DNA of 63,295 bases, counting the filler, from Sphacelaria rigidula (Eukaryota): assembly GCA_964200075.2 (NCBI GenBank). It is 4 parts of 4 records of this genome, joined end to end, with 100 filler letters (N's around TTAATTAATTAA, not from the genome) between each part and the next. Parts side by side here need not be neighbours in the genome. Positions count along the whole stretch, not along the records: positions 1 to 15,750 come from CAXNAA020001610.1; positions 15,851 to 31,599 come from CAXNAA020001611.1; 2 more parts are not named here. One strand, 5' to 3'. Within the stretch, counting starts at the first letter, position 1. The number at the start of each line of letters is the position of its first letter. The position numbers and the translations under genes were made by a program. Of the stretch, positions 12,806-22,367 are shown one piece after another. Below the pieces are notes generated by a model. That model was not told where the DNA came from and did no database searches. It worked only from the letters and a program-made list of their open reading frames with translations.

Positions 12806-13086
12806 TGTAGGCAAATGATACCAAGCCGTAGGTTTCAGTATAATCGCATGCATGATTGGAGCAGTCGCAGGGGATAGGGGATGCTGGATTGATGACCCTT
12901 TTCTGTGTGGCCCCTTGCTGTCTGGCTCTTGATGTAGTCGGTTGAGGATCACTCCGTGATAATAACAAGTTAGAAGAAAGGACTTCTCGAGCACGAGGCC
13001 AGTGCTACTGGAGGCGTCCCTCGTGGATAGTCCTCTTGTTCAGATCGTCTGGCAGAGGCTATAATATCTAGATATTATTCTCAGCA
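12806..13086 (+). repeat. 3' LTR
   Basis: Direct repeat of 8585-8867. Confidence 0.9.
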
Positions 13087-15690
13087 TAAAGTCGTCGACC
13101 CACTTTCGCTGAAGCCTCATGGCACCCAAGCCTCATTCATGTCTTTCAGTGGACCCACCCGTCCTAAGACACGCGTCTGTTGTATCGGCACTGGTGGGTG
13201 ACGGACGACGATTTGTTTTCATTCCCTCTTGGAACACAACAATATCGTTTGAGTCTGGTTAGACCCTGGACCGCGAGGGCAGCCCATCTGGACCATGCAT
13301 ACTTTGTTCAAGTGAAAATTGATGCCGATTCAGCAGGTGACCAACCCTCGCGGTCATTGGGTTAAAATCATATTCATGAAATGAAAAGCAATGCCCACGG
13401 AACAACAAATACACTTGCACAAGGCGAGTTATAGTATTCATCCGACGAAATTTGTGGAACGATGGCATCCGATAAATAAAAAATCAATCTCCTCAAGACA
13501 TGACGAGGAAGTCGACCAACACCCACCCAGCCCACATCACAAAGCCGGTGACTGTACTTCACTCGTCTGTGTAAGGGCCGTCTTCGGTGAAGTTCATCAG
13601 TGCATATGGCTCTGTCGCATGTTGAGCACATTATATTGGCCACACTTCGATCCGCATCCCCCGCAAAAATGGTTCAGTCGCCTGCTTTCAGTTACCGGCG
13701 TTGGGCTTCAAATATGTTTATATCACTTGATTTGGGTGTGTACAACGAGAATCGGAATTTTAGTAGGGTTGACAGTCCCGTGTGCTCCTCGGGTGCGCAG
13801 AACGCGTTTTGTTGAAATCGGCGCCACAGGCGCCGATTTTGGTTCTACCAAGGCCTTGCTTTGTCCAGGTCATGTATGTACTGCCCTTACCCGAGGGTTC
13901 TCGGTGTGCGTTGGTTTGGATCAACCCAACTAGCCTCCTTGCATTCCTGTGTATCGCAAGCGCGGACGAAAAGCGATGCAGTGGCATGTAATAGATGAGG
14001 AACAGCAATGGAAATAACGGTAGGGTTCTGATTGCAGGATGCAGTCCACTTTTCTCGATATGAACTTTGGATCCATGCCGTTCTCTTCCGATGACGTAAG
14101 GCGCATTCTACCTCACAAGCCTGGCTGAGCTCCAGAAGTCGGTCTGTTCGTGTCGGTTCGTATTCTGGTGTGACATTTTTTTGGCTCATTTTGGGGGGTC
14201 AGGCGCGCCTATTTTTGAGCTACGTTTTGAAGTAATTAAGTACGTAGTCGAGTGACGTATTTCTCTACGTAACCATTGAGTTCGGTGACATAGTGACCAA
14301 TCATAGTAAAACTTGAGGGGTAGATTTTCCAATTTCACAAAGTGACTGTGGTTTCTGCCGCGGGCGAAAATTCGACTAACCGTTTTTTTGCGACTCCGTT
14401 TTTGCGATCCAGTTCTTGCGACCCGATTTCTGCGATAGTTTTTTACCAAACTTTCCACTCTAAAACCCTCATTGATCTCGTATTTTGGGGATAACTTCGT
14501 CAAACAGACACCAAACATATCTTGCTCCAAGCGGCACCTGGACACACGGCAGTTGCCGCTGCCTACCTAGTATCATCCTCCAAATCAAAGTCTTGAGTGA
14601 GAACGCCCAGTGTTTGGTGCCCATGTACAAGGAGGGATGATCTTCATCTAGTATCATGCTCCAAAACGTACACGACAAAGGGGCAACACCCACGTACAGA
14701 CAGTAGCAATACTAGCGCATCCTACGTTTTGACAGTCTGTGCCAGTCTGGCAGCCGGCAATGTGGTTATCGGAATGTCCTTTTAGCGATACCAACTTGCA
14801 GTACACGGGAGCAGAATTTGCAGGCGAATACTTCGGCAAGTGCCTCACCTGCAGTTCGCCCAGATCTTGCGGATTTTTCTCGATATCACGGAGTAACAGT
14901 ACATGTACAGGTGGAAACGTTCCAGACCCTGCGTTACACTATAAAACGAGATGTACCAGATCCTGCATTATATATGGAAATGCACCCAACCGTGGACAAA
15001 GATTCCTGCAGCCAGTACGAACACGATGTTGAAAGTGTACTGCGCAAAGTCAGTGTGTTGTGTGTGTTGTCGTTCCATCTATTCTGGACGCCGGTCTCTA
15101 CCTTTCGGTACATGTGGGCGCACCAGCCGCGTCTGTGTTACCGTACAGCTTCGCCCAAGATGCAGGCAGCCATTACAGCGGCGCAGGCGGCCTTTCACTC
15201 CTGCGTGCACCACCCGAGGTAAGCGCAGGCTGTAGCTGCGACACGGACAGCTTTACAACATGTGACGTGGTGATATAGCGCGTAGCGAGGGGTGATATCC
15301 TGCGTACACGTTGGCCGCAGGTACAAGCAGCTGCGTTCACGATGTGCCGAAGTGCATAGGACAACGCGAAATTAATGCAGGACAGGGATAGGCTAAGGAT
15401 GTGACGTCCTTCGGTGTGCTTTGTCACCCTGCACCCTCCCGCTGTGCAGTGAGCAGGTAGTACCGCCACAGGCGTCACGCTGCGGTTGGTGCACAGTGTC
15501 AAACGCCGTAGCAATCAGTATAATTCATGTAACGTAATTGTACGTAGATCTGTGCTCTGCAGATCGATGCGCACACACACAGCAACTACTATCGCCATTA
15601 TCCATCGATCAGGGGGGTACCCCCCCCTCCTCAAATAGGATACCCAGGGGTCCCCCCCCCTCCCCCCCCTTCCTCCCCTTAATGAGTTGC

Positions 15691-15750
15691 GGAAGAAACG
15701 TAATGAGCGCCGGAATGTTGGAGGTGTCTCTATTAGGAGTAGGAACGGTG
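15691..15750 (+). mobile_element. LINE 3'-end fragment, cut by the linker
   Basis: Near-identical to 73-132. Confidence 0.7.
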
Positions 15751-15850
15751 NNNNNNNNNNNNNNNNNNNNNNNNNNNNNNNNNNNNNNNNNNNNTTAATT
15801 AATTAANNNNNNNNNNNNNNNNNNNNNNNNNNNNNNNNNNNNNNNNNNNN
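15751..15850. other. Artificial linker/gap (N44-TTAATTAATTAA-N44)
   Basis: Identical 100-nt spacer at three evenly spaced positions, with stop codons in all six frames. Confidence 0.98.
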
Positions 15851-15979
15851 CACCGCCTACTGGAAGCCGGTAAGGTTTTCCAGGTATCTCACCACGAGAC
15901 CCCAACCTCCATGTGGAGACACTACGAGGGGGCGGCGAGCAAACACGGTGTGGTGGTGAAGAAGCGCGGGAAGTCGTGA
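15851..15979 (+). CDS. 3' end of a viral hypothetical protein (partial)
   Basis: Open frame from the segment edge (HRLLEAGKVFQVSHHETPTSMWRHYEGAASKHGVVVKKRGKS*) that stops just before the next ATG. Confidence 0.5.
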   Translation, partial: HRLLEAGKVFQVSHHETPTSMWRHYEGAASKHGVVVKKRGKS

Positions 15980-15988
15980 AAAATTTTA

Positions 15989-16312
15989 ATGTTTGTGAAA
16001 TCTCTTTTCGTCTGGTGCTGTCAAGTAGCCCTCGTCGGGGGCTATATCTCCCCGTTCAACCGTGCAAACTGTGCCAAGTACTCGCTAAACCCGACCCGCA
16101 AGGACGTCGCCGAAGACGTCCTAAAAAGAATCCCAAATGACGACCAAGGATTGGCCTTTTCGACGGCACGTTCGTGGTGCATGGAGCACAAATACGACTT
16201 CCTTGTCGACCTCGGATCTGTTTGTCGTGCTTCGGAGGGATTCCGAAACCAGGGGTGCAGCGGTAGGTACCCAATAGAGGCCTTCCTCGAGGACATATTC
16301 CTCAAAAATTAA
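15989..16312 (+). CDS. Small putatively secreted Cys-containing viral protein (107 aa)
   Basis: ATG after an AT-rich spacer; hydrophobic N-terminus MFVKSLFVWCCQVALVGG; fits the gene tiling. Confidence 0.65.
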   Translation: MFVKSLFVWCCQVALVGGYISPFNRANCAKYSLNPTRKDVAEDVLKRIPNDDQGLAFSTARSWCMEHKYDFLVDLGSVCRASEGFRNQGCSGRYPIEAFLEDIFLKN

Positions 16313-16326
16313 ATCGCAGTAATCCT

Positions 16327-17346
16327 TTAAAAATACACAGAAATTTTGGGCCAAACATTCACTTGCATTTCGCATTCATCATATTTACGTTCATCATTAT
16401 AGGTCCTTCGTCGTTCAGTCAATTCGGCGTTCACGCTGGCAGTAACTCTTACTCGAGGTGGGTCTTCTTCGGGGTCTTCTTTGTCTCCTGGGTCATGCAC
16501 GACCTTGATGTCCGTTAATGAATGCCGACCCGAGAGCAGGCGAGCAAGAAGATTGGCGGATGAGACGGCTTCTGGTACTCCAGAAAGTTGATACAGAGGT
16601 TTGTGTGTGTCTGGGACAGAAGCTTGTTCAATGTTCCCTTTGTTGAACACCACTTCGGCTGAACTGTGTGGACCTCTAATTTGAGTAATGGTTTCGACGA
16701 TTTGTGCAAGAAACCTGTGCAAAGTCACTCGGTGGAGGATGACCGGGACCAGATTTTTAGTCTGTATTTCAAGACGAGAATAGACCCGCTTCGAGTTGTG
16801 CATGAACGGGATGTCGTTATGGTTTCGTAGAACTTCGAGCAAGAAGTCGGAAACGTCCAGAGTCGAGCCGCCGGTGCCGAGTCCAACGTATTTCGTTCTC
16901 CCACCAAAATTGTCCGGGAAACGGAACACGTGGTGCCCGGTTGGGACACCCACTTTGAGACGGAAGGAGGAATCATGAGGGACCATCCTTAGAACGAATG
17001 CCCGAATCATATCGAACCTTTCGTCGTTGATTGCAATAGTAGCATTATCAGGAGTATGACCACCACCCCACAACATCGGAAGTCGCATAATCCAATTGAT
17101 GAAATCTGCAGAGAACGGAACGTTAACCATGCGTATGGGAGAATGCACAAAGACACTCCTCACAATGTGCAAAAATGCCATGTCCCTCGCTTGAGGATTC
17201 AACGTGCAGCATCCATGCGTGACATCGCTGGCATACTCTGGGCATCCCCCGTTGCTGTCGGGGTACTCTCTGTACACTCCCGTCGTGGACTCGCAGGCCG
17301 GCGGGAGGACTGCACGGACGCGATCTGGGTGGCTAGGCCTCACCAT
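16327..17346 (-). CDS. Viral hypothetical protein (339 aa)
   Basis: Long ATG-initiated ORF that tiles without overlap; no recognisable domain. Confidence 0.8.
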   Translation of the reverse strand: MVRPSHPDRVRAVLPPACESTTGVYREYPDSNGGCPEYASDVTHGCCTLNPQARDMAFLHIVRSVFVHSPIRMVNVPFSADFINWIMRLPMLWGGGHTPDNATIAINDERFDMIRAFVLRMVPHDSSFRLKVGVPTGHHVFRFPDNFGGRTKYVGLGTGGSTLDVSDFLLEVLRNHNDIPFMHNSKRVYSRLEIQTKNLVPVILHRVTLHRFLAQIVETITQIRGPHSSAEVVFNKGNIEQASVPDTHKPLYQLSGVPEAVSSANLLARLLSGRHSLTDIKVVHDPGDKEDPEEDPPRVRVTASVNAELTERRRTYNDERKYDECEMQVNVWPKISVYF

Positions 17347-17385
17347 CTGTGTAAATAATACTATCTACAAAACCCATATTATTAT

Positions 17386-17949
17386 TTACACAGACAGACA
17401 GTCGCTCTCGCACGCCTGGATGATGTCGTTCGTGATGTACTTCTCCCCGGCCTGGCCACTTGCCGTACGATCCGTGCAAATCTCCGTGAGACCATCGATT
17501 ATGGTGTCGAAGGCGTTCAGGACTTCATCCGGAACGTCGTCGGCCCTCTCGTTGGTGGGGTCGCGAAGGAGGTCAGAGATCATCGAGATGGCGTACAGCC
17601 TGCGGCTACAAGCGTCCTCGCCCACATGCTGGCAGTGTGCACAACCGTAGTCCCAGTCACCGAGAGACTTCAAGTATGGATCCACCTTGTTAAAGGTGAA
17701 GGGGACGGAAAACTCGTACTTCTTGTCTCCGATAGTGACGGCCGTCAGGTCTTCGCTCTCAAGCTCGAAGACGAGGTCGTCGTAGGCGACCTCAAAGCCG
17801 ATCCCAGGCAAGGGTCCGGAAGAAGCGTCGCGCCACTTCAGGGTGAAGGTGTCTCCCAGGCCTTTGACAGGGAGCTCATGGTTGTAGTAACAGGCACGGG
17901 CTCCGCCCAGCAGAAAAGGGAGAAAAGCTGTGGTCAGAAACTTCATCAT
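17386..17949 (-). CDS. Putatively secreted viral protein (187 aa)
   Basis: Probable start MMKFLTTAFLPFLLGGARA, which looks like a signal peptide with an A-x-A cleavage site; several Cys; divergent from the GT2 gene. Confidence 0.75.
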   Translation of the reverse strand: MMKFLTTAFLPFLLGGARACYYNHELPVKGLGDTFTLKWRDASSGPLPGIGFEVAYDDLVFELESEDLTAVTIGDKKYEFSVPFTFNKVDPYLKSLGDWDYGCAHCQHVGEDACSRRLYAISMISDLLRDPTNERADDVPDEVLNAFDTIIDGLTEICTDRTASGQAGEKYITNDIIQACESDCLSV

Positions 17950-18067
17950 TTCGTGCTTGGAGTTGCGATATTCTAGACAATCCACCTTTGTGTCTTGACA
18001 ATACATTTTTTGTTCACAAACATCCTGCAAAGTGTTACGTTGTTTGGTACTACTACTTTTACCTATT

Positions 18068-19666
18068 ATGGCCTACCCAGTACGCGGGATTTCAACATGC
18101 ACTTTCGTCACGGGGTATGTCGTGATGCTACTATTGATACTAGCTTGCTGCTTCCTCTACTCTCTGGGGACTTTCCGGAAGTTCTGGGGGATTTTTTACG
18201 TCACCGGGTACGGAGCTCTCTCTGTGTCCTACTACGTGGCAACAACCGTCTTCGCCTACCTCAACAGGAGATTCGCCAACACTAACGCCGAAAAGTGCAT
18301 GGAGGGCCACCTCGAAGAGAGTACTTTACCACCCGTGTCTGTCCACGTCGTCGGGTACAAAGAAGACCCAGACTACTTCCGGGCCTGCCTCGAGTCGGTG
18401 CTTGGACTTTCCTACAGGAACCTCAAACACGTTGTCGTTGTGGTAGATGGCAACGATGAAGACGACCGGTACATGGCAAACATAGCCAATGAAGTCTTTG
18501 GAGAAAACGTCATCTCCATCGATCTCGACTACATCCCAAGCGTCAAGGCACAGGAAGAGGCGTCAATGAGCCTTCCCTGCTGCAACTCCTTGGGAGTACA
18601 ACCGGGCCAGCCTTCGACGAGGTCCAGGTCGCCTCCCGTGTACGTCGTGACCCAACCCCACGCAGGCAAAAGGGAGGTCATCTACACGGCGTACCTCATC
18701 TCAAAAGCTTCGGAAGTAGAGTTCTTTGTCAACACCGACTCGGACACCATTCTGGACGAATACGCTGTGGACGAGCTCGTCTACATGGTGACTGACGAAG
18801 ACGTCAACGCCGTCGCCGGACGTCTGAAAATCTTCAACAAGAGCAACTGGCTCACGTACCTGACGGCGGCAAGGTATTTCATCGCTTTCAACATCGAGCG
18901 TGCTTCTCAGGGATACCACGGAGTCGTGGGGTGCATTAGTGGACCGTTAGGTCTCTATCGCATCGCGGCCGTGAGGCTTGTGGTGGGAGAATGGGTTTCC
19001 CAGACCTTCTGGGGGAAAAAGTGCACTTTTGGAGACGACCGCCACATGACCAACAAGCTTCTGTCCATCGGTGGCAGGATAATGTACACGCACAGGAGCT
19101 TCGCAGCGACTGAGACGCCCAGCAGCTACTCCAGGTTCGTCGCGCAGCAAACCAGGTGGTCCAAGAGCTACTGGCGCGAGCTCTACCTACAGAGTGGGTG
19201 GGCCACCAGGCACTGGTACCTCCTGATGGAGACAGTGTACGGGGTCCTTTTCCCCGTCCTGATCGTGGTAACTTTCCTCGCGGCTGTCTTCTCGCGGACG
19301 TGGTGGTCGCTGCTGGCGATCGCCGTCGTGACTTTTACCATGCCGCTACTGAGGTGTCTCGTACGTTACGCCATTTTCCATGTACTCAATAGGTGTCAAC
19401 AACCCTTGTCGGATGACGTCCCCTCCATCCATCGCTCTCCATGCGGCATCGTTTTCCTCGATTTCTCTGCACAACTCCATATCGCCCCCCATAAGACGAC
19501 AAAGTGTCTCTGCGGACTTCCTCCGAAAATCCCGCGAAGCCGACGTCGGGAGCACCCATCCAGAGACACACATCTCGTCTTACACCGTCGTCGAAAAGGA
19601 ACGAAGTTCTTGGTATTTTTCCGTGCCATGTTTCACATCCATCATCATCGTATACTCCGCTCTTGA
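18068..19666 (+). CDS. HAS: Class I hyaluronan-synthase-like GT2 glycosyltransferase; homology ends near 19360 (likely truncated)
   Basis: Motifs GYKEDPDYFRACLESV, VVDGNDEDDRYM, QPHAGKREVIYTA, DSDT, RYFIAFNIERASQ, CISGPLGLYR, CTFGDDRHMTN, TETP and QQTRWSKSYWRE, plus N-terminal TMs. The distal TMs and the WGT motif are missing. Confidence 0.85.
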   Translation: MAYPVRGISTCTFVTGYVVMLLLILACCFLYSLGTFRKFWGIFYVTGYGALSVSYYVATTVFAYLNRRFANTNAEKCMEGHLEESTLPPVSVHVVGYKEDPDYFRACLESVLGLSYRNLKHVVVVVDGNDEDDRYMANIANEVFGENVISIDLDYIPSVKAQEEASMSLPCCNSLGVQPGQPSTRSRSPPVYVVTQPHAGKREVIYTAYLISKASEVEFFVNTDSDTILDEYAVDELVYMVTDEDVNAVAGRLKIFNKSNWLTYLTAARYFIAFNIERASQGYHGVVGCISGPLGLYRIAAVRLVVGEWVSQTFWGKKCTFGDDRHMTNKLLSIGGRIMYTHRSFAATETPSSYSRFVAQQTRWSKSYWRELYLQSGWATRHWYLLMETVYGVLFPVLIVVTFLAAVFSRTWWSLLAIAVVTFTMPLLRCLVRYAIFHVLNRCQQPLSDDVPSIHRSPCGIVFLDFSAQLHIAPHKTTKCLCGLPPKIPRSRRREHPSRDTHLVLHRRRKGTKFLVFFRAMFHIHHHRILRS

Positions 19667-19715
19667 TTCTCTCTCGGATCCCATTTAGATCGTTCTCAGT
19701 GCACTCAAACCCCAT
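19346..19715 (-). pseudogene. Fragmented viral hypothetical gene colliding with the HAS 3' end
   Basis: Two overlapping minus-strand frames (MGFECTENDLNGIRERIK... and ...MELCREIEENDAAW...) read like one frameshifted protein. Confidence 0.35.
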
Positions 19716-19811
19716 ATAATTAGCCTTTGTTTCCGAGTATGAACCCAAGGAAACATTTTATGTTATACCATTTTGGCGCGGACGCACGCAGTCGTGTCGT
19801 GAAAGTACTGC

Positions 19812-20054
19812 TCAAATCTTGACAACCTTCGGTGCCACTACTTTGTCCATTTCTTGATGGTGGTGGCGCCCAGCATCCGGGCATCCGTGTTCGACCCTCT
19901 GTTTGTGCTTCATGCACACGTTCAACTTACAGGAACACAAATTGCGCTCAAATACCTTGAGAACCTTTCCGCAGACGACGCACTTGGTGCGCTGAGTGGG
20001 AGTCTTGAAAGGCTTGCAAGACTTCTTTTCGTCCGGCATTGTTGTTGCAATCAT
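19812..20054 (-). CDS. AN1-type zinc finger protein
   Basis: CVVC-x10-CSC-x4-CMKH-x5-HGC fits the zf-AN1 pattern, followed by a VVAPKVVKI tail typical of AN1 proteins. Confidence 0.85.
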   Translation of the reverse strand: MIATTMPDEKKSCKPFKTPTQRTKCVVCGKVLKVFERNLCSCKLNVCMKHKQRVEHGCPDAGRHHHQEMDKVVAPKVVKI

Positions 20055-20057
20055 ACT

Positions 20058-20817
20058 TTATATTTTGTCGAAGACTTCTTCACGAAAAAACCTGTAGAGG
20101 TTGATGGAATCGAGGATATCATCCAAAGCCCGGTGTGTGGCTGATGGTTTCGGTTTGTGTTCCAAAATGTCCGGTCTGAAACGTTTGGCGGTTTCCAAGA
20201 GCGTTGTGACGTCAACGTTCTTGTGGTTGAGGAACCTCTTGAGGGCTGGGAAATGCGTCACGAGGAATCCTCTGTCGAAATGAACGGTGGACCCCGCGAG
20301 CAAAACCAGTCTGTGCGGGGTTTTCGAAGAGTATGCCGTGTACGACACGTCGTAGTTGGTGAGGTTCAGACCGTTGGCTCCCGCCGTCTTGTCGAAGAAC
20401 TGCCTGTCGTGTTTCTCCGGGCGTCCTTTCCCGACTTCGTGCGAGGAGTAGTATTCGAAGAAGTTCCAAAGCATGAAGGTCGCGTCTTCGTGCGTAGTGT
20501 TGGAGAAGTGGCATTCGTCAAACAACCCGTTGCCGCCGTACGAGGTCGAGCAGAACTTTTTTTGCACCACGAGGAAGACTGAAGCATCAAGATATTCATG
20601 GGGTGGTGAATGACGACGTGCAGCGAATCCCAGGGTTCGAGGTTCGCGTCCGTCACGACGATGTTGACCTCGAGAACCTCTGCGACGCGGGATCCAGGCC
20701 GGACGTCTCCATGTCAATCCAGAACCATGGGTTGTACCTGTCGTAGTCCCTCGAGATCTGCTTGTTGGAAATTTTCGGTTGTCGGGGTTGAGACTCGTGA
20801 CTCTCCTCCGTAGCCAT
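20058..20817 (-). pseudogene. orn: Oligoribonuclease (Orn/REXO2, DEDDh) with two frameshifts
   Basis: WIDMETSGLDP, then VLEVNIVVTDANLE, then LAGSTVHFDRGFL, VDVTTL and HRALDDI are spread over three frames. Apparent 1-nt deletions lie near 20679 and in the A7 run at 20557-20563. Confidence 0.88.
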
Positions 20818-20917
20818 AGCTTTTTCACAACAACTCTCAAGCATGAAAATTCATGTGACCTGAACGCGAATAAATATGTTAAGTCATGATCAAATAAATT
20901 GTCGGAGCTCTTTCACC

Positions 20918-21715
20918 ATGACCTCCAAGAAATGGAGACCGAACAGCTCTGGGGAGAAGCCTTTGAGCGCCGCGTTCTGTGTGAGAAAGTCTAAGTTGCA
21001 CCCCAAGTATCGGAAGGTTTTTTCGGAGAATACTGTTTTAGTACTCCGGCAGAAAGCAAGGTCTGCGGGCACGAAGGGTTGGTATTCCCTTAGAAAGGGT
21101 CACTTGGCGAGCGCCATCATCATTCACGAAGCGGCGGTCACGGTCACCGGCCTGTTTCACAGGATCGTGGACGCGAAGAGAGCCGAGGTTTACGAGTCTC
21201 ACGTGAGGAACGGTTCCAGTTGCCCGATCAGCCTCACGCTCGTGGCTGAGCTGAAGAAAGACGACGTTTTCGTTCATGGTGGAATTGTCTTTTCAAAAGA
21301 ATCGTTGCTGGACTACATGGAAGCTTCCGTAGACTTCCGGAACCCTGTCACTCGCAACATGATGCACCTGTACGACATCGAGCGGCTGGGTTGTCCGTAC
21401 GTGCTGGATAAGTACAGGAACCGAGAGCGGTTGCGAATCATCAAGGTCAACTCCATTCGACAGTTTTCGTTCTTGGAAACCGAGCTGGAGAACATCCTCT
21501 TCACTCTCATACAACACTACTACAGCAACGACCACGACTTCTTCGCCGACACCATCAGAGCCTTTCAGCAGACGTGGAGAGAAAAGAGAACCACCGACCG
21601 CCACAGGACGATCTGCGTGCTCCGGTCTCTGAAACATCGCGTAAGGAGGTACCAGGGGAGACCTCGTATCTGGGCCAACAACATACTCAACAAGTACATC
21701 GGTAAAACCATCTAA
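20918..21715 (+). CDS. Viral protein with a U-box-like domain
   Basis: CPISL...GIVFSKESLLDYM...NPVTR is a U-box/RING-like pattern lacking metal ligands; basic N-terminus. Start could be 20876. Confidence 0.7.
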   Translation: MTSKKWRPNSSGEKPLSAAFCVRKSKLHPKYRKVFSENTVLVLRQKARSAGTKGWYSLRKGHLASAIIIHEAAVTVTGLFHRIVDAKRAEVYESHVRNGSSCPISLTLVAELKKDDVFVHGGIVFSKESLLDYMEASVDFRNPVTRNMMHLYDIERLGCPYVLDKYRNRERLRIIKVNSIRQFSFLETELENILFTLIQHYYSNDHDFFADTIRAFQQTWREKRTTDRHRTICVLRSLKHRVRRYQGRPRIWANNILNKYIGKTI

Positions 21716-21721
21716 AACCAT

Positions 21722-22258
21722 CTAAAACACCATCTTGAACTTCCCGCTGTACGTCTTGGTGTTGTACTTGGGGTTCTTCGCGCGACAATGCTTCCCCTTC
21801 TTGGAAGTCGACTCCGCGGCCTTCATGTGGTCCTCGACGACGCCCTTGTTCTCTTCGAGGAAGAAATTGACGCCGTTCTTCAAGAACCACCGGAAGAAGT
21901 TCAACTGTCCGACCGTCGAGCTGCGGACTTCTTTCCCGAGGATTGTGATGGAGATCTTGTTCTTTCGGGCAAACGGGTCCATGTTGCGCTTGTTGTACGC
22001 GGAGAGGTTCTTCTGGTAGTCCCTGTTGAGGTCGCGAGGGACGCCCCCCGTCTCCAGCACAACCGACTTCGTCTTGCTGTAGTTCGTCACCAACCAGTCG
22101 ATCACACGCAGACTCATCCCGTTCTTGCGTTTGACGATGGAAAGAAAAGCCTCGACCCTCACCATGTCCTCGTTGTACCACTCCAATACCGAGTCCAAGA
22201 GAACTTCGTCGGATTCGGAGAGACCTTCCGTCGACTTGCACCCGATGAAAGTAGACAT
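21722..22258 (-). CDS. Conserved uncharacterised Nucleocytoviricota protein (178 aa)
   Basis: Motifs SLRVIDWLVTNYSK, Y.K..MDPF.R and STVGQLNFFRW, which I recognise from a widespread giant-virus family. Confidence 0.85.
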   Translation of the reverse strand: MSTFIGCKSTEGLSESDEVLLDSVLEWYNEDMVRVEAFLSIVKRKNGMSLRVIDWLVTNYSKTKSVVLETGGVPRDLNRDYQKNLSAYNKRNMDPFARKNKISITILGKEVRSSTVGQLNFFRWFLKNGVNFFLEENKGVVEDHMKAAESTSKKGKHCRAKNPKYNTKTYSGKFKMVF

Positions 22259-22367
22259 TGACGAAGATCCGCTGAACTGAGATCCGGCGGAGTAATGGTA
22301 ACAACCAAAGTGTACGTTCTACTTTCAACCACAAAATATACCCGGAGCATTAAACGTGAAACGTCTT

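Larger units (their letters stand above)
8585..13086 (+). mobile_element. Decayed Ty3/Gypsy LTR retrotransposon (chromovirus type)
   Basis: 5' LTR 8585-8867 and 3' LTR 12806-13086 (TG...CA, roughly 91% identical by hand count). PBS-like TGGTAGAGGGAG at 8871 and a G-rich tract before the 3' LTR. Internal order is gag-PR-RT-(RH)-INT-chromodomain. No clean TSD. Confidence 0.95.

Noticed and set aside
14818-15222. Possible exons of another host gene
   Set aside because: Plausible AG/GT sites exist, but I could not build a consistent frame or recognise a domain.
15795-15806. TTAATTAATTAA palindrome as a biological site
   Set aside because: It is centred in N runs and repeated identically three times, so it is an artificial linker.
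17625-17645. Heme c-binding motif in CAHCQH
   Set aside because: The pattern is CxxCxH, not CxxCH.
21703-21734. TAAAACCATC x3 at the junction of convergent genes
   Set aside because: A short slippage repeat overlapping two stop codons, with no evidence of function.
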